From NCBI GenBank assembly GCA_900088475.1, contig FLMG01003251.1, positions 62,001-126,000 of the forward strand: DNA of 64,000 nucleotides, written 5' to 3'. Below the pieces are notes generated by a model, which searched no databases, was not told the origin of the DNA, and saw only the letters and a program-made list of their open reading frames with translations. This document shows, piece after piece, positions 1 to 11,300 of this stretch. The position numbers and the translations under genes were made by a program. Positions within the stretch are counted from its first letter, which is position 1, and the number at the start of each line of letters is the position of its first letter. Source of the DNA: Hyphochytrium catenoides. Taxonomy: Eukaryota > Protista > Hyphochytriomycota.

Positions 1-230
1 AAGGCCATGATACGGCTTAATAAAACTAGATAAAGAAGGGATAAGTATAAGAGAGGGGACAGAATGTCAGAGAAGGAGAAGATGTGCGGCATATTATCTT
101 AAAAGGGAGAATAGAAAGGATGGAGGGGAAAGAGGCACTTTTCAAATGTGAAGGTAGGGTACAGACGGGCAGCCGCAGGATGATCTTGGAGCAGGCAATG
201 GCGCTAACCTCTTAATTTTTCAATGTTTAG

Positions 231-2003
231 ATCTGGGACGCGATCGTGAGTGGTGAAGCCGAAGAAGACCCTACTCTCTTGAACTCCTTCCTGCTCATCA
301 CCTTCTCAGATCTCAAGAAGCATCTCTTCCTGTATTGGTTCTGCTTTCCAGCTGTGGTCACTCCCTCTCGCTTTGTCTTGGAGAGCTCGCAGTCCATTGA
401 GGAAGTCTTCGATCCCGTGGAGATGCGCAGCTTTGAAGACGGTCTTATAACGTTGGTCAGAGAGGAGTCACCAAGATCTGTCCCCGTCTGCTTCCTAGTC
501 TTTCCTCCCCGTAATGAGTTGGGAGAAGAACCAGCTCGGGCACTTGAAGTCAAGCCACTTCGCGCCTGGACCGACCTGGATGAGGCCACGAGGTCACGAG
601 TTTATTTTGGGATCTTTGATCCTTGTTCGCTCCCAGGAAACCCTGGCTGGGTAGTTCGTAATTATCTTCTCTACCTCTTAGTACGGTATAAGATTCCCAG
701 CGCCAAGATCCTTTGTTACAGAGACCGCCTCCCCACGGGTAACACATGGGCTTATCCTCAACGTGGCAGGCGACGGTCTGTTATTCTCTCTACAAACTAT
801 ACCGGTGAAGCATTCTTGCCTGCGGAACGGGTGCAGACGGCTGTAGGATGGGAGCCCAATGTTCGAGGAAAGTTAGGGCCCCGACAAATGAACTTAAGTC
901 CCCTGATGGACCCCACGAAACTTGCGGAGACCTCAGTTGACCTTAATTTGAAGCTGATGCGGTGGCGACAAATGCCAAATTTGGACACAGAGCTTCTTTA
1001 TGGCACGAAGTGTCTCCTACTCGGTGCGGGCACTTTGGGCTGTAATGTAGGTCGATACTTGCTCGCCTGGGGGATCAGACACATTACGTTCGTAGATAGC
1101 GGCAAGGTTTCCTTTTCTAACCCTGCGCGGCAAAGTCTTTTTGAGTTTGCTGACTGTTTGGACGGGGGAAAGCCAAAGGCGCTTGCAGCGGCAGAAGCTC
1201 TACGAAGGATCTTTCCTGGGGTTCAATCACGAGGGGTCCAGCTGTCCATACCGATGCCTGGCCACCCTATCACAAGTTCAGAGGTGGATGGGTTTAGAAG
1301 GGATCTGGCTACATTGCAGGAACTAGTTGATGAGCACGACATCGTGTTTTTGGGCACAGACTCTCGGGAATCTCGTTGGCTTCCCTCTGTCATGGCAGCA
1401 TCGACAGGCAAGCTCCTGATCAACGTTGCCCTGGGCTTCGACACTTTCGTTGTAATGCGCCACGGGATCGAGCCCTCACAACCAACCTTTCAGGCGAATG
1501 ACGACCAGGCGAGTTCGAAGATGAAGAAGCTTGGCTGCTACTTTTGCAATGATGTGGTAGCGCCGGAGAACTCGCTTCGAGACCGAACGCTTGATCAGAT
1601 GTGTACGGTGACCCGGCCTGGCTTGGCACCTATGGCCTCCGCGATAGCCGTAGAGCTGGCAGTGTCTCTGCTTCACCACCCGCAAGGTATATGTGCGGCC
1701 GCGGACGGTTCAGTGCCGGTTATGGAAAGGACATCGGAGGCATTTGGACTCGTTCCACATCAAATCCGCGGCTTCTTAACTCACTTCTCCCAACTTTTAG
1801 TGACCGGCTTTGCCTTTGACAAGTGCACAGCGTGCAGTCCAAGAGTGCTGGAAAGCTATCAACAGGGACAGGATAGCTTCGTCCTCAAGGCATGCAATGA
1901 CTCCTCTTACCTGGAGCAGTTGACTGGCCTTGCCGAGCTTATGAAAGGCATTGAAGATCTTGAGGTGGATTATAGCTCGGCAGAGGAAGACTTTGAAGAG
2001 TAG
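231..2003 (+). CDS. ATG7: Ubiquitin-like modifier-activating enzyme ATG7, terminal exon (5' part outside window)
   Basis: Branch point CTAAC (~204) and TTTAG acceptor ending at 230, then an open frame IWDAIVSGE... to TAG at 2001-2003. Motifs: FSDLKKH..YWFCFPA, PGWVVRN, VGWEPN, VDLNLKLMRWRQMP, GAGTLG nucleotide-binding loop, SNPARQSLF, LGCYFCND, catalytic DRTLDQMCTVTRPG, VPHQIRGFL. Confidence 0.97.
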   Translation: MWDAIVSGEAEEDPTLLNSFLLITFSDLKKHLFLYWFCFPAVVTPSRFVLESSQSIEEVFDPVEMRSFEDGLITLVREESPRSVPVCFLVFPPRNELGEEPARALEVKPLRAWTDLDEATRSRVYFGIFDPCSLPGNPGWVVRNYLLYLLVRYKIPSAKILCYRDRLPTGNTWAYPQRGRRRSVILSTNYTGEAFLPAERVQTAVGWEPNVRGKLGPRQMNLSPLMDPTKLAETSVDLNLKLMRWRQMPNLDTELLYGTKCLLLGAGTLGCNVGRYLLAWGIRHITFVDSGKVSFSNPARQSLFEFADCLDGGKPKALAAAEALRRIFPGVQSRGVQLSIPMPGHPITSSEVDGFRRDLATLQELVDEHDIVFLGTDSRESRWLPSVMAASTGKLLINVALGFDTFVVMRHGIEPSQPTFQANDDQASSKMKKLGCYFCNDVVAPENSLRDRTLDQMCTVTRPGLAPMASAIAVELAVSLLHHPQGICAAADGSVPVMERTSEAFGLVPHQIRGFLTHFSQLLVTGFAFDKCTACSPRVLESYQQGQDSFVLKACNDSSYLEQLTGLAELMKGIEDLEVDYSSAEEDFEE

Positions 2004-2305
2004 AACCTCGCGAAGTCTAATCTGTCAAGCGATGCAGGTAATGGAGATGTTCACGGAGAGACGCTTAACCCTCCAAAAGCTACGAGACTGGAGGGATATT
2101 ACCTCCGCTAAGTGGTGGCTACGAACTGTTACATTGCGTGCCTTCTTAGTGAAGCGGATAGCGTTGCGTGCAGTATCACAGGCTCACTTCAAAGCTCATA
2201 AAGCGTAGAGCGCCAAGAGCTCACCGTTTAGGTTGCTGGAGCTAGCCTGAGGCTTGTATATTAGTTCTTATAAGTATATACAAAGAGATTGCGCACTCTT
2301 TCCAC

Positions 2306-5300
2306 TCATAGTGGGAGTGACAACCTATCATTTACCCTTGCTACACTGGTGCTCCCTTCATAGAGGAAGTTTCTTAGAGATAAGCTGCTTCTCATCTCTG
2401 TGTGCTGGACCAACTCATTAAGGAGACTGGATATCGATGCCTCCTTGTCTAGTACGCTGGATCCAGCCGCGGCAAGAGAGAGAGGAGGGATGCGGCTGAG
2501 ATCATATCCTTCTCTTCTCAGGGCTTCTAGCAGTAGCTGGATGTCCTTAAACCGCCGAAATATCTCCCACTTGTAACGCTCTCCTGTCACCTCAATGCGG
2601 TAGACTCTGAAAGGCCGCACAGCATCCACGAAGCCCTTGGTTTGATAGCCATCTACAGAATCATCAGGAGATAGGCGCTTCTTTGGCCAGAGGGGAGGGT
2701 AACGAACAGCGGAAGAGAGAACCTCGGCCATCAGAGAGGCACAACGCAAGATTTCTTGACGGACAACCTCTCCTGACAGACCGCTGGGGCCCACATCATC
2801 TTGAAGGGAGAGCGCTACCCCTCCGCTAGCTGCACCTGCTCCCATCACAGCTGGAACCATTGTCTTCTCCGCCTCGAGTACCTTCCATCGGACAGTGAGC
2901 ATGTCCAACCCTGCGACTACCAGGCCTATGGAAAATACCATTACCCGAGCATCCTCAACCGAGCGAGCAGAGAAGTGGAACGACTTCCCTTTTGGATTGT
3001 CGCTAGAGTATTGTATGACGCTGACCTTATCTCCATTTGCGTGCGGCTCGAGCCGTCTGTCGACATCGATAGACCAGGATATTTTCCTTGTGCCGCCATG
3101 GACGGCCAGAAGGTGTCTATCTGTTAGCAGCAATATAGCTGCAGCCATCCGACCTCCTAAGGCGATATGGAAAGTATACGCATCAGACCTTCTTCCGTCC
3201 GCCAGCATTCGCATTAGCTTCTGTCCCTCTGCTTCTCTTTGGGAATAGGGGAAGAGGATACGGTCATCCCCTATGTATCTAGGTAACCGCATTCGTTGCG
3301 CCTCTAAGTTTGAATCTAACCTAGGGTCCAGCGATGCCTTGAGGCCTTGGAATGTGTAGGTAGTGAGATCCAGAACCCCTACCACTGGCTTTGTCACTAG
3401 CCCAACCGTCCCCGTGCAAACGCCGGCAAGACATCCTTGGAGTCCACTACTTCGTCCCCCTTGGATGGGATGGCAGAGACAACCTCTTGCACCGTCATAG
3501 ATCCCGTACGTGAACCCGCCCACAGCACTGATTAATCCCTCCTTCAGGTTGCGAGGTACCTTGGTCTTCTTCTTCCGTCTGTTATAGTAATCTTTATCCA
3601 TACTGAGAACCGCTACACCTTTGCCCATCGTGTCAGAAATAAGTCCAGTCGTATGGAGAAGACCCACCGCCGTTGTCTGAAAGAGTCGTTTGGAGCCCTC
3701 GAGAAATCCTCGCGGAATACTCTGAACCTGTAGAAGTCCATTCTCCCCTTCCCCCTGAAGAAGAAGATGCGCTGGAGTAAGAAAAAACTCCTTGACTCCG
3801 CCCTTGAGGGTTCCTACGAGTCCAACCGGATTGCCCAGGAACTCAAAGGAGCCAAGGATTCCGTACACTCCTCGGACGAGACTTTCCTTAAAGTGCGCAA
3901 GAATCCGTGCCTGAATGGCCTCGTACGTCTCGAAGACGTCCTCCAGATGCAGATCTAGGACTTCCAGTGGTGCTTGATCGATGTTGCTGACTAAGTTGGC
4001 CGCCACGTTGAAGGCAGTTCTGATAACTCCTCCGACATTTTTAGGCAGAATAATAGTTCCAAGTATCTGCTCACTACTGGTGGTAAAGGTAACAGAGACC
4101 CGAATGGGGAATATGTGCAACCATTCTATGAACAAGTGAGGAGCGGCCTTAGGTGAAATGCCTGTTGTCTGAGCGTTGTACGAGCCCTTTACCCACGATT
4201 TCCACAAAGTAGTGTCGGGGTCTGTGTCACAATTCGGCCCTCCTATCTCTAGAACGTTACTTTCTCCAAGCTCCAGATCACCGGTGTTAGCTGTTGAGGC
4301 GCTATAGTTGATACTCTGTAGGTAGAGGATTATCTCAGAAAGGAGGAGATCGTCCATGCGAAGTTCCAGTGGCTGAAGAAAGAGGTAAGAGAAGTGCAGA
4401 AATGTTGCCCCTTCTTTGGAGGACACGACTGCTACCCCCTGGAATGCTGGGAGATCAGGATTAGCAGCATACAATGGTCGAAGAGCTACTCCGTACGCTG
4501 CCCCTGCAAGCTGGTTGTCAAGCTGGACATGTCCAAACTCAAGCTCATAATGCGTCATATTGTTCGACAACAGAGCTGTAGACAGGAACAAGCCCCATTG
4601 CTCTTTTGCTCGCTGTGTGAGAGAAAGGTAAAGAAGTTCGTGAGGGTCGCTTCCTCCTCGGACAAAGGAAAGTCCAAGCCGCGGCACTTCTATACGCAGA
4701 AGGCTCTTTATCCTGACGGACTCGATCGGAGGGTGCTCATCCCACCGAATGTCCATGTTAAGAACCCCTACTCTACGAAGCCCATCCACGTCTCTTTCTG
4801 AGGAGAAAATGGCAAGTCTAAGCCGTGCTCCCCAGCCCACTCCCGCTTCCCCGCGTACTCTGCTTTTTGAGAGGTCGAAGGATACACTTCCCAGCAGATA
4901 GTCTTTCGAGCCAAAGCGACTGGTGTCCATGGCAGAAAGCGTACTCTCGTCACCAGAGAAGTAAAAGAGAGGCAGCATACTGTCTCCTTGGACAGATGAG
5001 GTGCTTATCCCTGCCTTGTGCCTTGGATCCTGAACGTATACGGCCACGCTGACAGTTTCGCCTCCTAGCGCCCCGACACCACCCTCCAAATCACGGTGAG
5101 AGAAGGGCAGACTTTGCTTCCAGTTGACTCTAAACTCCTCGTTTTCGAGGTTTTGAAGGCGGTCCCTGGGCTTCTTCCCTGACCTTAGGGCCAGAGCACC
5201 TCTGCAGCTTTCAAAAGCAAGTGAAATCCTTTCCGTAGCTTCCTCTTCTTCCTTCGTCTCTCCATCTTCTTCCCGTTCATGCCCTCGGGAGACCCGCACT

Positions 5301-8300
5301 AGAGCGCGTAGTTTGGCAGATACGATAGAGTATGAGAGATGTGTCAAGTCCTCGCCGTTGATGGCTACCAAGACAGAGCCAAGTATCTCTCTCGCATAGT
5401 CCCGACATTGCTCCTCAGCATAGACCAGCTTCACGATGGCCATGTTATAGAACTTGGCAAATTCAATACCGAGTGGCCTTCTAGGGTCCACTGTGACAGT
5501 GAGCCCCAACGAGGAAGAGACGGAGCCCTCATGTCTCTCTGGGGGAGTTTTTTTGACTTGAATGGCATCGGTAACTACTGATTCCCCACGGTACGTGATG
5601 GCAGCGTAAAGTTTAGCTCTCGATCCTTCCTTGCTGCACCAAATGGGGAGGCTGTCTATGGCCTCCAGCTCGTGGATGTGGGCGCTGATCTGAAGCTCTT
5701 TCTCTCCCCTTAAAGCCTTTGCCTTCGCACTGCCGCCCTCTAGCTCTTCCTCTTGCATGTGCTCATAACTCTGTATACGCTGCATTGGTTGCAAGGGGTC
5801 GGTACGGCCCTCTACATGCCCTGGCCTCTCCGATGTGGGAATGAGAGGGGGCAGGATGATGCCTAACGACTTTAGACGCTCTTCCAGCTTGCGAGCTAAT
5901 GCAGCCAACCCTGCTCTCTCGCCCTCAAGAGCATTTCTTCGTTCTTGAAACTCGTACTGGTGGACGCTTTGTAGCTTTCTAAGAAGTAGGTGCACCTGGC
6001 CCATAGGACGATTCCCATCATCCAAGAGGGGGCACCAAAGATCGAAGGCGTGACCAAAGGGAAGGGATGAGAGGTCCAACAAAGAAGAGAGACGAAGGTC
6101 CTGATTTTGTACCAGCGAGAACTCCAGATCTGTCGCCAGCACGAATGGAGCGCCTCGGTCCACGGTAAGAAGAACAGAATTTGGATAGTCATAGCTCTCC
6201 AGTGCTCCGGCAACAGTAAGTCTGACAGGAAAGACTACTCTATCCCTTCCCAGTGTCACGGAAGCTTTGATTGAAGGCTTTGCTAAGCTCTGGGTGATCG
6301 AAGACAGGCTCCAATTTCCCTTGTGCGCCTGCCGACAGAGCGCGGCCCATTCCTCAAGCCCTCGCCCACCCTTAAGCTCCACGGAAAGGGCGAAAGGCCC
6401 TATCTCCTCCCCTTGCCGTACGCCATCCTCAACTCCTCGGACTTTGGCCTGTTGAATCTTTCTCTCGACGCTCTCAAACCTGCTTCTCACTGTCTTGTAG
6501 TGCCTTAGCAATATCTTTCTTGCCAGCCTGCCATTTTCTGGCCCGAGGGCGGAAGGTTCATCCGTTGCATATAGGACCATCTTCCGATTAATCATCTTTA
6601 TCTCCAGTTGGACGGGTGGCAGTTGTTTATCCCTTCTGCCTCCGTGGCTGTCTGCAGCACCATGTCCCGAAAGGGTGCCCACGTGACGGCGGTTTCCTGT
6701 TACCTCCTTTTGAAGGTAGAGTTTGGGATGTTCAAGGGAGACTTCCAGCGAGACTTGCTTCTCCGTTCGCTCTTGATCCTTTTCAGAGCGGGACAGAAAG
6801 TAGGGTTTCGAAATTCGAACCTCTAAGATTGGGGCTTCCACTCTATGAAGCCAGTCTAGCGCTGTGGACGAAAGAGGGGGAAGAGCTCTCCAGGCAGTTC
6901 TTCCTCCCTTCTCTCTCAGCTCCAGCTGGAAGGCACAGCAGTCATTGTTGACCTGATAATAGAGGTCTGAGGGCGCTCCAGGTGTCAGCGTTATGATCAC
7001 CGTTGTTTCCCTTTCTTCGACGTTAACTTCTACGTATTCAGTCTGCCCACTTGAAGTAAGACAACCTTCAAGTCCTGGTGTCTCCACGGCGTTCAGAGTC
7101 CGACAGGGAAGAATGAGTTTGCCGAGAGTCTGAGCGTCAAAGCTGGCGGACCACTCCGTCCAAAGATTACTTCCATACACCTCTCCTGCCTCTCTTTCTA
7201 AATCTGCTTGTATAGAGCCATCTCCTAAGCTGACTTGAACCCTTCTGGGAAAGGAGAAAAGACTCCAGCGAAGAGGAACAGTGGTCCGTGCGTTCACAAC
7301 CTGAGCTGATGAATCAGGGAGGAACTCTTGCTTCACGGCTATGACCCTAGAAAGATTGTTGACAATAAGGACCGAAGGCTTGACAAGGATAACGCTTGTT
7401 CGGAAGTATCTCCCAGGCCCTGTGTTGTTTTGTACTGAGAGTCCATAGGTTGAGGCGTTTGGAAGTTGTCCGCTGATCAAGAGAGAAGCAGCAGCCCAGA
7501 TCAGCTCTTCTGGCTCTCCTTCTCTCTCCTGGTGAAAGAATGCAGCGAGCTCTTTCTGAATACGAGACCTATTGGCGGGCTCCGGGAGCAAGTCTAAGAT
7601 GCCAGAAGTGCCAACTGTAGAGAGGTCAAAGGTATTCGACCATTCCGAGCGATTTGTAGCAGGGAAAGGATTAGCCTCAGACTGCCTCACCGCGACCTTC
7701 ATCTCCAGCTTCGCTTTTGAACTGCCAATAGAGTCAAGTGGGCTTGGCAGCAATGACCTCGTTGACTGGGAAGCTGAAGGAGCTGAATACATTATAACTC
7801 CTCTTTCACACCTTAGAAAGCCGGAAGTTGAGCCATCATCGAAGATCAGGTCCCAAGGCGTGGCGTCAATCAACCAGAACGGCACATAGAAGGAGCAGGT
7901 GACGGCCTCAAGGCTGCCTGCGGTCTGCATCTACAGGTGGGACATTGGAGGGAAAGTAAGAAGGTAACGTAAGAGACTTAGATTTCCACTTGGGAGAGGC
8001 GCCTTTTCGTCCCGAAGGAAGCCAAGTAGCGAAGGAGATCATCTAAGCAAAAATAAGGTAAGACGAAAGAGGACACCTGAAGCTCTACCAACTTAGGGGT
8101 GCGCAGAACATCTTCAGCTGGGCATATGGAGGCGACTTCAATGGTTTGCAAACCCCGTTACCTTTTGTCCGCCGGCAAATAAGGCAGCCGTACGATCAAG
8201 CTTCAAAAGAAGAGAAGCCCCGGAGTCAGCCTTCAAGGCTATTTCGGAACAGTTTGTTCCACTTCCATAAACAATTTGATGGCCTAGCTTCCCATCAAAA

Positions 8301-11300
8301 GGGACTCCCACCGCCGGTAGGGCCAACGATAAGGCAATCGATGTTTTAAGGGCTGGAGGATCAAGACAAAAGACAGGAAGCTTCTGCCCCGGGTGAAGTG
8401 ACCCCGTAAGCAAGGCGGTGGTAGTGTCTGGCAGAGTGGAATCCTCTGAATAAAGGAGCGCGCGGGTGGCAATATCCTACATGAGCAGGAAGGAGTAGAA
8501 CAGGCGCAGGGAAGGTTAAAACAACATTGGAAAGGTTAAACCAGTCCACTGAGCGCGGTTAAAACAACGATAGTTATAAGAAGTTGGATTAGTTGGGCAG
8601 AGGTCGAGAAAAGGCAGTCTACAAACCAGTAGAGCGAGCTGGTAGTCCAACACTGTGGGAAGACAGTTTTCTAACGTCAACGGAGGCAGTAGGGAAATGA
8701 CTTCGTCTTCTGGGGTCCAATGATCCTTAGTCCACATGACGCTGCAGCAGAAAGGAGCTGTAGCGGTGTAGGACGCCTGCACTTCTGTTGGGGCTACCTT
8801 CCACTCACAAGAAACAAGGTCGTGGTATCTATAAGCGTTCTCTTCCTTCGTGTCCTCCTCATCTTCTTCACCGTTCTGGTGAGACTCTATCCGCTGCCCG
8901 AGTCGTCCGTAGGTTCTTTCCCTGCTCTTTCTGCCTTTTCCTCTACGAGAATCAAATGACCTCAAAGGAAAGGCCTGGCTTAGGGCGAGCTCCCCATCTA
9001 TAAGGACAGGGCAGAGTCGAATCCAACCACGTAGTAGCTCAGATAACGTGACCGTCGTTGCGTCTCCTGCCTCCAAAACTATGGATGGCGTTAGCTTCTC
9101 CTCTTCCTTCTTTGTCTCTTCAATGCCCTTTGCCGTTGAGTCCATAGGCACATCGATTATATGACTCTCTTCAGAAGAGAGAAAATAAAGTCGTAGAGGC
9201 ACTCCCAGCAGGTTCTTGATCCGGAGAGGTGAACGAACTCGAAGCACTCTGGTTCCTCCCTCGGCCACCAGATCACAAAGAATGTAGAGATGTTTGGGGT
9301 CATCCTCCGACAGTATGGGCCTATCAGCTCTGCCGAGTGAAAAGCCCCGGGAACCTTCATGGTCGACTGTTACCTGAACGGGCTCAAACTCACTTTCTCC
9401 CAATGGTTCTCCAGATCCCACGTCCTCCGTCTCCAATTTTCCTATTTTTATCCATACTTTACGTCTGGACGAAGGCGCCCAACGCCCTGATGGAAAGGTG
9501 TGGGCACTTACACCAGTTGGCACCAAAGTGCCAGCCTTCACGCTCCGCCAAGACTCAGGGTTGGGACGGGGCGAGGGAAGAAGGCTTTTCTTTCCCACAC
9601 GAGAAAAGGACGGTGCTTTGAGCTCATGTATGGTCTCAAAGGTATAAAACAGCTCTACGCCCAGTTGGTTGTCTATGCACAGTTCTGTACCCAAGGAGTT
9701 GACGACGCTTTCCGCTCCGAAGTCCCTATACGTATCCAGGATCATATTAAGAAAAGGCTGAGTGACGTTAACCTCGACGCTGCTCCCAAAAGAAAGAAGA
9801 GTTGCATATTCTGGGAGAACGGCTTCCTCCTGGTCCCTTTCTCTTTCTTTTCCGTCATCGTCGGAAGGGAGAAGATCCTGCAAGAGCATTTTGGAAAAGT
9901 GTTGCGCTCTTTCTGAGGCCTGGAACCAGCCTGATAGTCCCCAATTCATGGATGGGGACAATGATGATGGTGAAGAGAGGGTAAGGTTACGCGCTTCTTG
10001 GTATTGCAGGTCGGACAGGATTCCTCCTCGATAGTGGCTACTATATGAGAAGGAGAAGGTCTCCACCAAAGGCTCCCAAAGTGCGCGCACCTTATTATAG
10101 TATTGGACTTCTGCAGACATGGAGGCCAGAAGCGATTGCCTTCCATCGAAGGAGGAAGACTGAATGACACGGAGACCCTCAAGACAAAGGTAGAAAAGTG
10201 GGACCTGCATGTTATTCGCATCGTTGACGATCAGAATCCGACATTGCTTTACATCCAGCCAGACGGTGCGATTAAGCTTGGCGGACACGGGTCTCTGCCT
10301 CCGGGGAGATAACGAAGACGGAGAAGAGGAAGACGCTACTGGTGTTTGCTCTGTCAGCGGGGCTGCTTGCACCCCTTCGGTCAGAAAAGAGACGGGAGCA
10401 TTGCCATATCCATTTGTCATTAGCATTCCGCCCGTTTCCTTTTCTCGCTGATAGTTACTGATGCCATCCAAAAATATAGTGTCTCCTATCTGGACCACAC
10501 CTCCCCGCAAGCCTTGCAATCTGTACTTACTCTCTTTCCATAGCCTGGTCTCCCAAACTCTATCCCCGCCAAATGATAGTGCTCCATATACTTTCTCATC
10601 TTCAGTAAGCCACTCACCCTCAACATTTGACAGGCGCACTACGTCACCATAACGAACAGTCTCCCCAACCTTCCTGTTGGAACTTGGAGAGGGCCAAACG
10701 CGCAGCTGCACTTCGCGACATCTCTCCCCACTCGGGTTAATGGGAGGTAGGACCAAAATTGACTTTCCGCCAAAACTTCCTAGCTCCAGTACGGGACCGT
10801 AGCCAAAATTGTGATCCCCGGTCCAGAGAGGCTCATAGGTTGTCCGTGAAAAGAGCCGGAGAACAGAAGAACCATAGACGAGAGGTCGCCTCGTTGTTGC
10901 CCTCTCCTTTTCAACAGGGCTAAATATCTCTTCCTCCTGATGGAGATACAGCGCTCCAGGCTGTCTCACTGAAAGCAGATGGTTCAAGCCAGCCCTAATT
11001 GTTGTACCATCGACGTAACCTACTCGGACGGAGACCTCTTCGTCGGAAGCCAGAGAAAGTCCCATAGAGCCGTCCATTATATCCCTTTCTAACATCATAC
11101 GCAAAGCAAATGGTGATATAGCATCGCTGCTAGTGGGAGCAGGAAGAGAAGTAGGCAACAGATCTTTGGATGCCGCGGTGCCTCGGATATGGTCCATCGA
11201 GAGTGACAGAGAAGCTTTCGGGTTGTCAGAGGAAGCCAAATACTTTCCCTGGAGCTCCCAAGTCAGCATCATCGCAGGGGAGTCTCCGTCCGTGACGTCC

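Noticed and set aside
8514-8563. Three TTTAACC motifs in a VPS13 intron, resembling U12 branch sites
   Set aside because: The donor is GTTTGT, not GTATCCTT. These are best read as ordinary redundant branch points or a local duplication.
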